A stretch of DNA of 45,767 bases from Conexivisphaerales archaeon (GCA_049509455.1 JBEKZX010000011.1:1-45767), one strand, 5' to 3'. Shown: positions 27,621 through 37,781, counted from the stretch's first letter. Notes: generated from the letters alone by a model not told the origin. Numbers and translations: made by a program.

Positions 27621-28801
27621 GGACGAGGTTAGACAAGGACGGCGAACCCCAGCCGTCGAAGTGCCCTCAGTGCAACTCGCCCCTGATAGGCGACAGGGCC
27701 GCCGGCGAGGTGGTGTGCCCGACCTGTGGCTACGTCCTCCTTGATGAGGTGGAGTTCGAAGGTCCCGAGTGGAAGGCCGTCGACCCCGAAGACAAGATGA
27801 AGAAGAGCCGGGTGGGGGCCCCGCTGACCTATACCCTCCACGATTTCGGCCTGACGACCACCATCGACGGCAGTGGAGTTGATTCCCACGGCAACAGGAT
27901 AATCGGCGACGAGCGGGCGAAGCTTGAAAGGATGAAGACGTGGCAGTTCAGGCTCCGCACCATCGACAGCAAGGAACGGAGCATGTCGAACGTCCTCCAG
28001 AAGATCCATGAGATATCCGTGGGCCTCAACCTTCCCGGCAACGTGTCGGAGACGGCCGCCTACGTATTCAGGCAGTATTCGAAGCCCAACTTCTGTCGTC
28101 ATTGCAGGGAGGATGTGCAGCCCCCGGAGATTCCATTGTGCCTGACTTGCGGAATCGAGATCGTCAGGAAGTGCCCTCAGTGCGGCGTGAGAGGGAGCGT
28201 CGACGAGAGATACTGCCGCTACTGCGGAACCTCTCTGAAGAGCAACTGCGTGAAATGCGGGAAGGAGTATCCCACTGAGCCCTTCTGTCCGCGCTGCGGC
28301 ACCCCCCTCCACAGCAGGTCTAGGGGGAAGCAGGTGGCTGGGGTGGCTTCGGCGGCCATATATCTGGCATGCAGGAAGTGCGAGGTGAACAGGTCACTGG
28401 CGGAGGTGGCCGATAAGTCGTATCTGGACAAGAAGGTGGTGGCGAAGTACTACCGGCAGATGGTGAAGGAGATGGAGATGAGCAGCGTCCCTATGGCCTC
28501 GATTCAGAACCACATCTCCAAGCTCTTCAACAACCTCAACTCCACGATGAGGATGCCCGAGAAGGTGGAGCGGTTGGCCATCAACATGGCCACGAAGGCG
28601 TCGGGGGCTTCGATGAGTAGTGGGAGGTCGCCGGCTGGCCTGGCCGCGGCCTTCCTTTATGTCTCCGCCAACCTCCTCAACGAGCACCTCCCTCAGAGAG
28701 ATGTAGCCGAGGCGGCGGGAATCACCGAAGTGACCATCAGGAAGCGCTGCAAGGAGCTCTTCGAAAACTACAGTATCTCGGTGAAGGTACACTCTGCATG
28801 A
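27617..28801 (+). CDS. tfb: Transcription initiation factor B with internal zinc-ribbon insertion
   Basis: CPQC..CPTC ribbon, PEW..SRVGAP B-reader, two cyclin folds, HTH QRDVAEAAGITEVTIRKR. Confidence 0.93.
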   Translation: MRTRLDKDGEPQPSKCPQCNSPLIGDRAAGEVVCPTCGYVLLDEVEFEGPEWKAVDPEDKMKKSRVGAPLTYTLHDFGLTTTIDGSGVDSHGNRIIGDERAKLERMKTWQFRLRTIDSKERSMSNVLQKIHEISVGLNLPGNVSETAAYVFRQYSKPNFCRHCREDVQPPEIPLCLTCGIEIVRKCPQCGVRGSVDERYCRYCGTSLKSNCVKCGKEYPTEPFCPRCGTPLHSRSRGKQVAGVASAAIYLACRKCEVNRSLAEVADKSYLDKKVVAKYYRQMVKEMEMSSVPMASIQNHISKLFNNLNSTMRMPEKVERLAINMATKASGASMSSGRSPAGLAAAFLYVSANLLNEHLPQRDVAEAAGITEVTIRKRCKELFENYSISVKVHSA

Positions 28802-28878
28802 GCTAAAGTCATATTCAGAAAGAGCTTTTAGGAGGGAAATCGCTCAGATCATTTCGTACAGGCCAACCCGGAGGATTT

Positions 28879-29268
28879 GTGCATTTGCAAGAAGCGGATG
28901 AAGACCTCATCAGCAAGGTTTACCGGCTAGTCATAGAGAACGGCGAACCGGGGATACTTCAGAGCGAGCTCTGGAAGGTGCTCGGGCTGACCAGCAGGGA
29001 CGGCTCAAGGATCGCCTCCCGACTGGAGAAGAGGAAGCTCATAAACAGGGAGAAGGTCTTGGAGAGGGGAAGATGGACCTACAAACTCCTCCCCCTCGTC
29101 ATACCGATCGACACCAGCAGCATCGAGGAGGCCCCATGCATAAGGTGTCCCGACGAAGAGAGATGTTTCATTGACGGGGAGGTCAGCCCACTGACGTGCC
29201 TGAAGATCGAGAACTGGTTCAACCTGGAGTACCAGGTGAAAAACGGCGATGCGCCCGCTTCAAGCTAA
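28879..29268 (+). CDS. TFEbeta / Rpc34-like (winged helix plus 4-Cys cluster domain)
   Basis: GILQSELWKVLGLTSRDGSRI..LEKR and PCIRCP..C....SPLTCLKIENW. Confidence 0.8.
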   Translation: MHLQEADEDLISKVYRLVIENGEPGILQSELWKVLGLTSRDGSRIASRLEKRKLINREKVLERGRWTYKLLPLVIPIDTSSIEEAPCIRCPDEERCFIDGEVSPLTCLKIENWFNLEYQVKNGDAPASS

Positions 29269-29845
29269 GCGGGACCTCTACCGGCGCAAGGCTAGGGAAG
29301 AGGGCTACCGCAGCAGGGCGGCGTACAAGCTCATCCAGCTGGACGACAAGTTTGGGCTCATCCATGAAGGCGACACCATCCTTGACATAGGGAGCGCCCC
29401 GGGCGGCTGGCTGCAGGCTGAATCGGAGCGCGTGGGGCCCAAAGGGCGGGTCATAGGGATCGACATCAACCCCGTCGAACCCCCCTCCGGCAACGTGGAG
29501 ACGCTGATCATGGACATCACCAGCCCCGACGCGGCCGGCGAGCTACGTTCGAAGCTCAAAGATGGAGCCGACGCCGTCTTCTCCGACCTCTCACCCACCA
29601 TGATGGGAGTGTGGGAGGTGGACAGCGGACGGCAAATCGACATGACCAGAGCGGCCTTCGACATCGCCTGCAGCGTGCTAAAGCAGGGGAAGAACGGCGT
29701 ATTCAAGATATTCGAAGGGGAGTTCACGGAGGAGTTTGTGCGGTATGCGAAGCCCAGGTTCAAGGGCACGGATCTTGCGAAGCCCGAGGCCAGCAGGAAG
29801 GCGAGCAGCGAGCTCTACTTGGTGTGCCTCGGCTTCATGGGGTGA
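29249..29845 (+). CDS. rlmE: 23S rRNA 2'-O-methyltransferase RlmE/FtsJ
   Basis: YRSRAAYKL, DIGSAPGGW, SDLSP, KPEASR..SSELY. Confidence 0.95.
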   Translation: MRPLQAKRDLYRRKAREEGYRSRAAYKLIQLDDKFGLIHEGDTILDIGSAPGGWLQAESERVGPKGRVIGIDINPVEPPSGNVETLIMDITSPDAAGELRSKLKDGADAVFSDLSPTMMGVWEVDSGRQIDMTRAAFDIACSVLKQGKNGVFKIFEGEFTEEFVRYAKPRFKGTDLAKPEASRKASSELYLVCLGFMG

Positions 29846-30996
29846 CTGGAGCTGAGCGCGGCTACCACTTCTTCCACGTTCGCAGTAGTCTTTACACCCT
29901 GACCGTCGACGCTGGACCTGACGGCGCGGAATCCGGCCGCGGTCAGCCTCTCAACGAGGTCAGACGGGCTCAAGCTGGCGACGCCCAGCTGATCGGTGAA
30001 GTAGGGTATCTTGAAGTAGAAGGGCGGGAAGCCGATCTCTTCGCGGGCCCTGGCGAACAGAGAGTCGTACTTCTTCATCTCAAGGGAGGCCGATGCCTCG
30101 CACATGGAGTCGAGGAAGGCCTTCTCGTAGAGGTCGCCCACCCAAAGGGGGCCGGATGCCTTGAGCCTCCCCCCGCAGAGCGGGCAGGTCTCTTTCGTGT
30201 GGTCGACGGACTCCCTGTGACCGCACTTGAAGCAGTGCAGGAGGTAGCCGATCCTGTCGAGAGACGCGTTCGCCTCGGTCGGAGATATCCTAACGCGGCA
30301 GTAGACCCGGGCGTAGTGCTGGTCGGCGTGGCAGAGCAGGGGATCGATGACCATGTCGTACACAAGGGCCCTGTGGGCGACGAGCCCCAGGAGCATCCTA
30401 AGCATGGACTCGCGGCTGTAGTCCGTTCGTAGAGCCTGAGCGCCATACTTCCTTCGGGCGACCTCCGGGTGGAGGCCGCTGAGCACGGCCGTGTCAGTGG
30501 CGGTCACTGCCAGCATCCCGCCGTCCACAATAGCCCTGAGGGAGGACTCGACGAACGGAGCGGGAGTTCCGAAGGGGTCGACGTCAATGATGTGGGGTCG
30601 CCCTTGGGGGGAGGAGAGACGAGCCAGGAAGAGATTAGCGTCGACGCCTGATAACTCGACCTTCCCCTCGCAGCCGTTCATATGGGCGGCCCGAGACGCG
30701 GCCTGGATGGCGATGGGGTTCAGGTCGTTGGCCTTGACGGCCGAGACGCTCGGGCATTCGACGGCGATCCGGAGGGACCTCCCTCCTACGCCGGCGAGAG
30801 GGTCCGCGAAGACGGCAGACGAAGAAGTCGTCCTGGAGAAGGCCTCGACCGCGATGACCGAGATGTCCCTGACGACCTTCCCCCGCGGGTTGAAGAATGC
30901 GGGAAAGAGCTCCGGCGGGCCTTTGCCGAGGCTCAGTTCTGGTACGAGGAGCGTCGTCCGGCCCTCCTTGTGCGGAACGAACCCCTCCAGGCTCAC
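29815..30996 (-). CDS. trm1: tRNA (guanine-26-N2)-dimethyltransferase
   Basis: FFNPRG..RDISV, DVDPFGTP, TATDTAVL, CxxC pairs; likely GTG at 30996 overlapping the nth stop. Confidence 0.93.
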   Translation of the reverse strand: MSLEGFVPHKEGRTTLLVPELSLGKGPPELFPAFFNPRGKVVRDISVIAVEAFSRTTSSSAVFADPLAGVGGRSLRIAVECPSVSAVKANDLNPIAIQAASRAAHMNGCEGKVELSGVDANLFLARLSSPQGRPHIIDVDPFGTPAPFVESSLRAIVDGGMLAVTATDTAVLSGLHPEVARRKYGAQALRTDYSRESMLRMLLGLVAHRALVYDMVIDPLLCHADQHYARVYCRVRISPTEANASLDRIGYLLHCFKCGHRESVDHTKETCPLCGGRLKASGPLWVGDLYEKAFLDSMCEASASLEMKKYDSLFARAREEIGFPPFYFKIPYFTDQLGVASLSPSDLVERLTAAGFRAVRSSVDGQGVKTTANVEEVVAALSSSHPMKPRHTK

Positions 30997-31682
30997 GCCG
31001 GAGCCCTCCCACCAGGGACGCTTCCTTGGAAGTAGCGGCAGGCCGAGCTCACCGGACATGCCCCGCAGCGGGGCATCTGGGCCCGGCAGACCCTCCTCCC
31101 GTGAACAATCAGTGCGATGTGCCCCTCTAGCCGTCGACCAGGCGGGATGACGGCCTCCAACGAGGCCCTCACCTCATCGTAGTCCGCGCCGGGAGCCGCA
31201 TAACCCAGTCGCTTCGAGACCCTGTTCACGTGCGTGTCGACGGGGACCACGTCTCTCCCCAGCGAAAAGTCCAAGACGATGTCGACGGTTTTGGGGCCCA
31301 CCCCCTTGAACCCGGACAGCACCCGGCGTACACCTTCGTCGTCGAGCTCGAAGAGGAAGCCCAACCCGCCCGGATAGCGGGCCAATACGCCGGCGGCGAC
31401 ATCCCTTATCCGAATCGACTTGGTGTTGTAGAGGCCGCCCACGCGGATGGATGCGGCAATGAGCTTCGGGTCGGCCCGGGCCAGGGATCCGGGTGTAACG
31501 CCCACGCTCCTGACCAGCGATTCGTAGGCCCTCCTGCTGTTCAAGTCGTTGGTGTTCTGGGACAGAATCGTCTGAATGAGTACTTCGAAGGGCTTTCCCC
31601 TCCGGCGGGGCCGCGTGACGTGGTGGAACCGAACGAGGGTCTCGAGCTCGGGCCAGCCAGGTCCCTTCAAGGCAGACATCAT
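30993..31682 (-). CDS. nth: Endonuclease III family DNA glycosylase
   Basis: ILSQNT, GVGPKTVD, PVDTHVNR, C-x6-C-x2-C-x5-C; likely ATG at 31682. Confidence 0.93.
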   Translation of the reverse strand: MMSALKGPGWPELETLVRFHHVTRPRRRGKPFEVLIQTILSQNTNDLNSRRAYESLVRSVGVTPGSLARADPKLIAASIRVGGLYNTKSIRIRDVAAGVLARYPGGLGFLFELDDEGVRRVLSGFKGVGPKTVDIVLDFSLGRDVVPVDTHVNRVSKRLGYAAPGADYDEVRASLEAVIPPGRRLEGHIALIVHGRRVCRAQMPRCGACPVSSACRYFQGSVPGGRAPA

Positions 31683-31706
31683 CTTAAATAACGCCTGATA
31701 TAATCC

Positions 31707-32276
31707 TTGTCCGTTTTGGCGGCCATTGAGACGAACTCCAGACTGGTCCTCCTGATGGGCAGGCCGGGCTCGGGCAAGACAACGGTAGTCCTGAGGGCCG
31801 TCCTCCTCCTTCGCACCGACGGCCTGTCGGTGGGCGGGATTTGCTCGAGGGAAAGGCGTGCCCATGGCACCAGGGTGGGGTTCGAAATGGTTGACCTGGC
31901 CACGGACAGCCATGAGAGCCTGGCGAGCACAACGGGGACGGGACCGCGAATGGGTCGCTACAGGGTCAACCTGAAGGGGCTGGCCGAGTTCGCCGCCCCG
32001 GCCATCGTAGAAGCCTCCTCCAGGAGCGACGTGATCGTCTGCGATGAAGCGGGGCCGATGGAGCTCCTCAGCCCGGAGTTCCGAAGGGCCGTGGAGGGCC
32101 TCCTGACGGCCAGCAAGCCCTGCCCAGTGGTGGTCCACGCCGAAATGGCGGATCCTCTCTTGGAGAAGCTGAAGAAGTCGGAACAGGCCCAGCTCCTGGA
32201 GGTGACCGACGAGACGCGCAACCTCCTCCCCGAGACCGTGTACAAAAGAATCAGGTCATGGATGAAGGACCATTGA
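31707..32276 (+). CDS. NTPase (THEP1/COG1618 family)
   Basis: GRPGSGKTT, RVGFE, CDEAGPMEL. Confidence 0.9.
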   Translation: MSVLAAIETNSRLVLLMGRPGSGKTTVVLRAVLLLRTDGLSVGGICSRERRAHGTRVGFEMVDLATDSHESLASTTGTGPRMGRYRVNLKGLAEFAAPAIVEASSRSDVIVCDEAGPMELLSPEFRRAVEGLLTASKPCPVVVHAEMADPLLEKLKKSEQAQLLEVTDETRNLLPETVYKRIRSWMKDH

Positions 32277-32974
32277 AGGCCATGGGCGACAGGCTGATAA
32301 TCGGGACGGACGACGCCGGCAGGGGATGCGTCATCGGCCCCCTCTGCATCGGGGGCGTCACTGCGCCAGCCAGCATGGAGGCGAGGTTCCAGGAGATGGG
32401 CGTCAAAGACTCCAAGCTGCTTACGCCGGAGTCGAGAGAACGCTTCTACGGAGAGATCAAGGAAATGGTGCCAAAGTCGATGGTGCTGAAGATCCCGCCG
32501 AAGGAGGTGGACGAATATGTCAGGCACCGCAAGAAGCACACCAAGCTCAACTACCTAGAGGCCATATACATGGCGAGGGTCATCAACGAGCTCGACGGGG
32601 ACGTAGCCTACGTCGACGCTTCCGATACCAACGCGAAAAGGTACGGCGAGCAGATCGGAGAACATCTGACCAGGAGGGTGAAGATCGTTTCCGCGCACTT
32701 CGCCGACCGGATCTTCCCGGTCGTCTCGGCCGCCAGCATCCTGGCGAAGGTCGAGAGGGACAGGGAGGTGGCAGTGCTCAGAAACGAATTCGGCGACTTT
32801 GGCTCAGGATACCCCAGCGACCCTCGCACGATTGAGTTCCTGAAAAGATGGATGGAGGCCCATGACGCAGCGCCCCCTTTCGCGCGCCTGACTTGGAAGA
32901 CTTGGAAGAGGATAAACGTACGAGGAGATGAGTCACGTGACCAGGGGAAGCTGAACGGCCGGGGGGAAGGGTAA
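32258..32974 (+). CDS. rnhB: Ribonuclease HII
   Basis: GTDDAGRG, VKDSK, VSAASILAKV, GSGYPSDP. Confidence 0.95.
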   Translation: MDEGPLKAMGDRLIIGTDDAGRGCVIGPLCIGGVTAPASMEARFQEMGVKDSKLLTPESRERFYGEIKEMVPKSMVLKIPPKEVDEYVRHRKKHTKLNYLEAIYMARVINELDGDVAYVDASDTNAKRYGEQIGEHLTRRVKIVSAHFADRIFPVVSAASILAKVERDREVAVLRNEFGDFGSGYPSDPRTIEFLKRWMEAHDAAPPFARLTWKTWKRINVRGDESRDQGKLNGRGEG

Positions 32975-32980
32975 CACTCG

Positions 32981-33692
32981 ATGTCGGCGATGGAGCACAT
33001 AGGCTGCTGGCTTACCTACGGGCACAAGATAGTCTCGATGGTCCTCATAGCCCTGGCGGTGGTCGCCGGGGACCTCCTGACCATCAACTGAGCCGTCGTA
33101 GGGGACATCTCCAAGAGCCTCTCAGTCAACCTCACTGGCATTACCGTCATCGTGACGCTGCTCTTTGCCATATTGGACTCGATAGGCGCCATCCCCATCT
33201 GCCTGATGTATGACCAGCCCGCCGAGGTCGGATATAGTGGGAAGTTGCTGGGGACCACCCTGGTGACTGTCTTCGCCTTCCTCTTCTTCATACTCTCGAG
33301 GGCCGTCATGCTGCAGAGACTTCACATATCGGTGGCGGACTTAGCTAGGCGGGACCTTGATCTTGATGGTGCTGGCTATGGACACCGTACACAAAGGGCA
33401 TCACGCTAAGACTCTCGAGCCCGACGGAGCCGCCGTCGAACCGCTGGCGTCACCCCCGCTAGTAGGACCGCGCACTATGGCGTCACTCATCGTCCTCGAA
33501 GGAACGAAGTCGCTCCTCGACCTCCTCATGGCGGACATCACACTGGTCGTCCTGACCGGCCTCATTCTGAGGTTTTCTTCGGCCATAGGGAGGCTGTTGG
33601 GAGGGAATGAGCTGAAGGCCGACAGCAGGTTCATAACCATAATTCTGGCAGCTTTAGGCGCTCAAACGATGCACGACGCCCTGTTGGCTTAG
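32981..33692 (+). pseudogene. marC: MarC-family membrane protein, disrupted
   Basis: LFAILDSIGAIP and PLASPPLVGP MarC motifs; in-frame TGA at 33089-33091 and a frameshift near 33345. Confidence 0.75.
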
Positions 33693-33706
33693 GGCGTCAT
33701 CCGGGT

Positions 33707-34780
33707 CTAGCGGTCCCTCTTCCCTTCGACGAATTCCAGGAAGAGGCGCTTGGCGTCTTCATATGGCATCTGTATGGGTGGATGCTTGAAGCAGTAGGCA
33801 GAAAGGCTCGTCAGCGGGCCACTGATCCCCCTGTCCAGAGCGATCTTGGTGCCCCGTATGGCATCGATCATCACGCCGCCGCTGTCGGGGGCGTCGATCA
33901 CGTGCAGCTTGGCCTCGATGGTGACGGGCGTGTTGCCAAAGTACCTCCCCTTGAGCCAGATGTAGCAAATCTTGTCGTTCTTAAGGAACTCGACGTAGTC
34001 GCTGGGCCCGATCCTGGTGGGCACCAGGTAGGGCGTCATGGCCCGGACGGCGGAGGTCTTGCTCTCTCTCTTATCTACAAGCCTGCTTTCCTCGAGCATG
34101 TTGAGGAAGTCGGCGTCGCCGCCGATGTTGAGCTGGTATGTCTCGTCGACCCTGACGCCTCTTTCATACATGAGCCTCACCATGGACTTGTGCAGGACGG
34201 TGGCGCCCAGTTGGCTCATCACGTCGTCGCCGGCGACGGGGAGCCCCTTTTCCTGGAACCTGGCCGACCAAGTAGGGTTGGAAGCCACGAAAACCGGCAT
34301 GGCGTTGATGAGCGCTACGCCAGCCTTCATCGCCTCGTTGGCGTAGAAGTGGACGGCTTCCGTGCTGCCCACTGGGAGGTAGTTGATGAGGATGTCGGCG
34401 CCGGACTCCTTGAGCACGGAGCTGACGTCAGCTTCTGGTCCCGGGGCCACCTTGACGACCTTCGAGAGGTACTTACCGAGGCCGTCTAAGACGTGTCCCT
34501 TCTGCACCCTCACTCCCAGCGTGGGCACGCTGTGGATCGTGGGCGTATTGTTAAGACCGCTGAAAATGGCCTTGCTGAGGTCCTTTCCCACCTTCTCCTT
34601 GTCGACATCGAAGGCGGCGACGAACTCGATGTCGTCCGGCGTGATGCCGCCCAATTCATAGGCGACGAGGCCTATAACATCCTCAGGCTTGGCTTGGGAG
34701 TAATAATGGATACCCTGAATCAGGGCCGATGCACAATTGCCCACTCCGCCGACGGCGACGCGAACTTTGCCCTTGGGCAT
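33707..34780 (-). CDS. ino1: myo-Inositol-1-phosphate synthase
   Basis: GVGNCASALIQG, NYLPVGS, GDDVMSQLGAT, YQLNIGG..DFLNM, DAPDSGG. Confidence 0.95.
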   Translation of the reverse strand: MPKGKVRVAVGGVGNCASALIQGIHYYSQAKPEDVIGLVAYELGGITPDDIEFVAAFDVDKEKVGKDLSKAIFSGLNNTPTIHSVPTLGVRVQKGHVLDGLGKYLSKVVKVAPGPEADVSSVLKESGADILINYLPVGSTEAVHFYANEAMKAGVALINAMPVFVASNPTWSARFQEKGLPVAGDDVMSQLGATVLHKSMVRLMYERGVRVDETYQLNIGGDADFLNMLEESRLVDKRESKTSAVRAMTPYLVPTRIGPSDYVEFLKNDKICYIWLKGRYFGNTPVTIEAKLHVIDAPDSGGVMIDAIRGTKIALDRGISGPLTSLSAYCFKHPPIQMPYEDAKRLFLEFVEGKRDR

Positions 34781-34829
34781 GGACTTTTACGACCATAAAA
34801 GTGTATAAAAATCTATCGTCGAGGCCTTG

Positions 34830-35492
34830 TCAAAGGGAGTCGGCCGTCAGGCGGACGATTTTGGCATAGTAGAAGCCTGGTTCGGCCGTCTTGGATGTGA
34901 AGATCCAGTCAGTGGCCTTCGAGGGGTCGAAACGGACGAACGGCTGTCCGGGGTCCTTGTCCAGCTTAACGTAGAAGTAGAAGTCGGAGCCGTCGAAGTC
35001 TCCCATATGGACGAACGTCCCTAAATGGAGCTCGCCGTCGTTCCTGGAGAGGTAGAACGGAGCGTAGGACTCGTCCATTATGAAACGATAGGCGCCCAGC
35101 TTAAGGAGGCTATTCAAGTCGGTGAGCTCGACGCGCTGCACGTCGTTGTCCACCTCCTCCTCCCCTTCGATGGCTTCCAAGAAGGCCTGAGGCGTCTCCT
35201 TGAGGCTTATGACGGGGGTGTGAAGGTACTGGGTGTAGCTGGCGTCGTCCACGAAAGATGCCTCCTCCAGGTCCCCGTCGAGGCGGTAGCGGACGTATGG
35301 CCTGAAAGACTTCACTACGGTGAAGAAGAAGACGGGTGCCTCCCCCAGCTGCTCCGCATGGCAAGCCAGTGCGAAGTCGCCGGACTTGAGCGGCATGGCG
35401 AACAGAGGACGGGGGATGCGTTCGAAGGCACAAGATAGCCTTGCAAGATCCTTGAGAGACTCGATCTCCCTGAAGATCGGTGCTTCTTTCAT
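34830..35492 (-). CDS. Hypothetical protein
   Basis: 220-aa ORF with plausible codon use filling the gap; no motif recognised. Confidence 0.7.
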   Translation of the reverse strand: MKEAPIFREIESLKDLARLSCAFERIPRPLFAMPLKSGDFALACHAEQLGEAPVFFFTVVKSFRPYVRYRLDGDLEEASFVDDASYTQYLHTPVISLKETPQAFLEAIEGEEEVDNDVQRVELTDLNSLLKLGAYRFIMDESYAPFYLSRNDGELHLGTFVHMGDFDGSDFYFYVKLDKDPGQPFVRFDPSKATDWIFTSKTAEPGFYYAKIVRLTADSL

Positions 35493-35601
35493 AGCTGGAA
35501 CATCGCCTTTCGCATGCCGGTGGCTATTTAAAGTATCCTTAAAGTGTCGAATGGGACCGTCTCAGCAAGATTAATGTCGGGGTTCCGGCAATCTAAAGGC
35601 C

Positions 35602-35997
35602 GTGTCATCTGACGGGACGGCCGGTGAGGGTCCAAACACCGGTCGCATCCTGACGACCCTCCGCGGGGCGGCGTTGCTAGCTGCCGAAATGAAGAAGACC
35701 CCGCTAGGCATGGCCGACAAGCCCCTGATCAGGCGTGCGTACACAGAGGCGGAAGTGGCCGTCTTTCTCCTCAGGATGGTGTCCGAGGACGATGAAGCCC
35801 CTCCTTACAATATGGCCCTAGAGAAGCTGGAGAGGAGCGTACTGGCCACTAAGATGGAGGCGAGCCTGGAGGCGGCCAACGGCTTCGCTAAGGGCGATCC
35901 CGCCTCCGCCCTTATAGACGCGAGGGTGGCCCGGGACTGCGCCGCCGCCATCCTGCATTCCGTCAACCTCGAGTCCAGGAGGGTGACGAAGAGATGA
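35602..35997 (+). CDS. Hypothetical helical protein
   Basis: 131-aa ORF; stop overlaps the next ATG (ATGA). Confidence 0.65.
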   Translation: MSSDGTAGEGPNTGRILTTLRGAALLAAEMKKTPLGMADKPLIRRAYTEAEVAVFLLRMVSEDDEAPPYNMALEKLERSVLATKMEASLEAANGFAKGDPASALIDARVARDCAAAILHSVNLESRRVTKR

Positions 35998-36983
35998 TGC
36001 GCGTGGGGAAGCTGGACAGGGCTACCTTAGAGAGGAACGTCTTGCGGCATTTCATCACCAGCCGGAAGGAGCTCGTCTTGGGGCCCGTCTTCGGCGTGGA
36101 CGTGGCAGTCATCCGGTGCCCGAAAGGATATCTAATCACGTCGACGGACCCAATCACCGGTTTGGTGGACGACATAGGATGGTATTCTGTCCACGTCTCC
36201 TGCAACGACGTGGCCACTAGCGGGAACAGACCGCAGTTCGTGGAGAGCGTGATCATGATGGGCGAAGGCGAGGGGGACGAAAGGGCGGAGGTCATCGCGA
36301 AGGGCATGGCCAGGGCCGCGCGTCAGGTACGCGCCGATATAGTAGGAGGCCATACTGAAAGGACACCGGGCCTGAGCCACAGCATAGTCGCCACCACGGC
36401 TTTCGCCTTCGTCGATGAGTACGTGACCGCAGCTGGAGCCAAGGAGGGAGACGCGATAGTGCTTACGAAGATGGCGGGCATGGAGGGCACCTCCATCCTG
36501 GCCGCGATGTTTAAGGAGAGGCTCTCAACTCTCGGGAGGAGGACCCTGAATGAGGCGAGATGCCTCAGCGAGAGGATGAGCGTGGTAGACGAAGCGGAGG
36601 CAGCCTTCGCAACAGGGGGGGTCCATGCGATGCATGACCCTACGGAGGGAGGCGTGCTGGGAGGGCTTTACGAGATGGGTGTCGGCTCCGGCTTAGGCTT
36701 CCAGCTCGACGAGGGAAGCATACCCATCGCCAAGAGCACGAAGGAGATAACGGCCAGGCTGGGCGTCGACCCGCTGCGGCTCATAGCTTCTGGCTCGATG
36801 CTTATGGCCGTAGCGGAGCGGAAGGTGCCGGACGTTCTTCGCGCGGTGAGGGAAGCTGGCGTCGAAGCATCGGTGGTCGGGGCGTTCGGCGGATCGGAAG
36901 GGACGCTTCTGCGGAAGGACGGGTCTCGGGAGAAGGTCGACGAAACCATCCAGGACGAGCTCTGGCGCATGGCAGGGGAATGA
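35994..36983 (+). CDS. AIR synthase / HypE-like (PurM-fold) protein
   Basis: STDPITG, CNDVATSG, VGGHTE, MHDPTEGG. Confidence 0.88.
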   Translation: MMRVGKLDRATLERNVLRHFITSRKELVLGPVFGVDVAVIRCPKGYLITSTDPITGLVDDIGWYSVHVSCNDVATSGNRPQFVESVIMMGEGEGDERAEVIAKGMARAARQVRADIVGGHTERTPGLSHSIVATTAFAFVDEYVTAAGAKEGDAIVLTKMAGMEGTSILAAMFKERLSTLGRRTLNEARCLSERMSVVDEAEAAFATGGVHAMHDPTEGGVLGGLYEMGVGSGLGFQLDEGSIPIAKSTKEITARLGVDPLRLIASGSMLMAVAERKVPDVLRAVREAGVEASVVGAFGGSEGTLLRKDGSREKVDETIQDELWRMAGE

Positions 36984-37781
36984 TCAGCGCCCAAAGCGCC
37001 GCTGACGTAGTTGGTACGTCCGTATGGCGCGGAGGAAATCCAGCTTTCTGAAGCCAGGCCAGTAGACGTCCATGAAGACCAGCTCGCTGTAGGCCGACTG
37101 CCAGAGGAGGAAGCCGCTTAGCCTGAGCTCACCCGACGTTCGGATTATCAGGTCGGGGTCCGGGTCGGGGAGGTCGGATGTGAAGAGGTAGCCGGAGAAG
37201 GCCTTCTCGTCGATCTTAGAGGGAGAGATGACGCCCCTCTCGACGTCCCTAGCGAGCCTCTTCACGGCGTCGACGATCTCCATCCTCCCTCCGTAGGCGA
37301 TGGCGATGTTGAGGTAAAGCGAATCGTACGCCGCCGACATCTCCTCCAGGCGGAGGACCTTCTCCCCGATGCCCTGGGGGACCAGAGAGAGGTCGCCGAG
37401 CCCATTCACCTTGACGCGGTGCTTCTGGATGGAGCCGTCTGTAAGTAGCTTGTCCAGCCGCTCGCCTATGACGCTAAATATGATTTCGAGCTCTTCCCTG
37501 GGGCGGGCGAGGTTCTCTGTGGAGAGGGCGTATATGGTGAGCGCCTTTACGCCATATTCCAGGCACCAGGTCATTAGGTTCTCGACCTTGTCGGCGCCGA
37601 AGGAGTAGCCTACCCATTTGGGATAGTCGTTGGCCTCGGCCCACCTTCTGTTGCCGTCAAGGATGACACCGATGTGGCGAGGTCGGGGGGACTCCTTCAC
37701 TTGACCGGAGAGCCTGCGAGTGTAGAATCGATAAACTCCGAGGTCTTTGAGGAGGGCGTCTAGGAGCCCATCAACTCTCAT
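36984..37781 (-). CDS. uppS: cis-Prenyltransferase (UppS)
   Basis: HIGVILDGNRRWA, ALSTEN, DLIIRTSGELRLSGFLLWQSAYSEL. Confidence 0.96.
   Translation of the reverse strand: MRVDGLLDALLKDLGVYRFYTRRLSGQVKESPRPRHIGVILDGNRRWAEANDYPKWVGYSFGADKVENLMTWCLEYGVKALTIYALSTENLARPREELEIIFSVIGERLDKLLTDGSIQKHRVKVNGLGDLSLVPQGIGEKVLRLEEMSAAYDSLYLNIAIAYGGRMEIVDAVKRLARDVERGVISPSKIDEKAFSGYLFTSDLPDPDPDLIIRTSGELRLSGFLLWQSAYSELVFMDVYWPGFRKLDFLRAIRTYQLRQRRFGR

Noticed and set aside
28082-28315. TFB insertion as an intron or intein
   Set aside because: It encodes six ordered CxxC pairs without stops, shows no BHB at the edges and has no intein terminal residues.
33070-33110. Hairpin enclosing the marC TGA as an intron
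   Set aside because: One-sided 2-nt bulge, not BHB; a separate downstream frameshift would remain.
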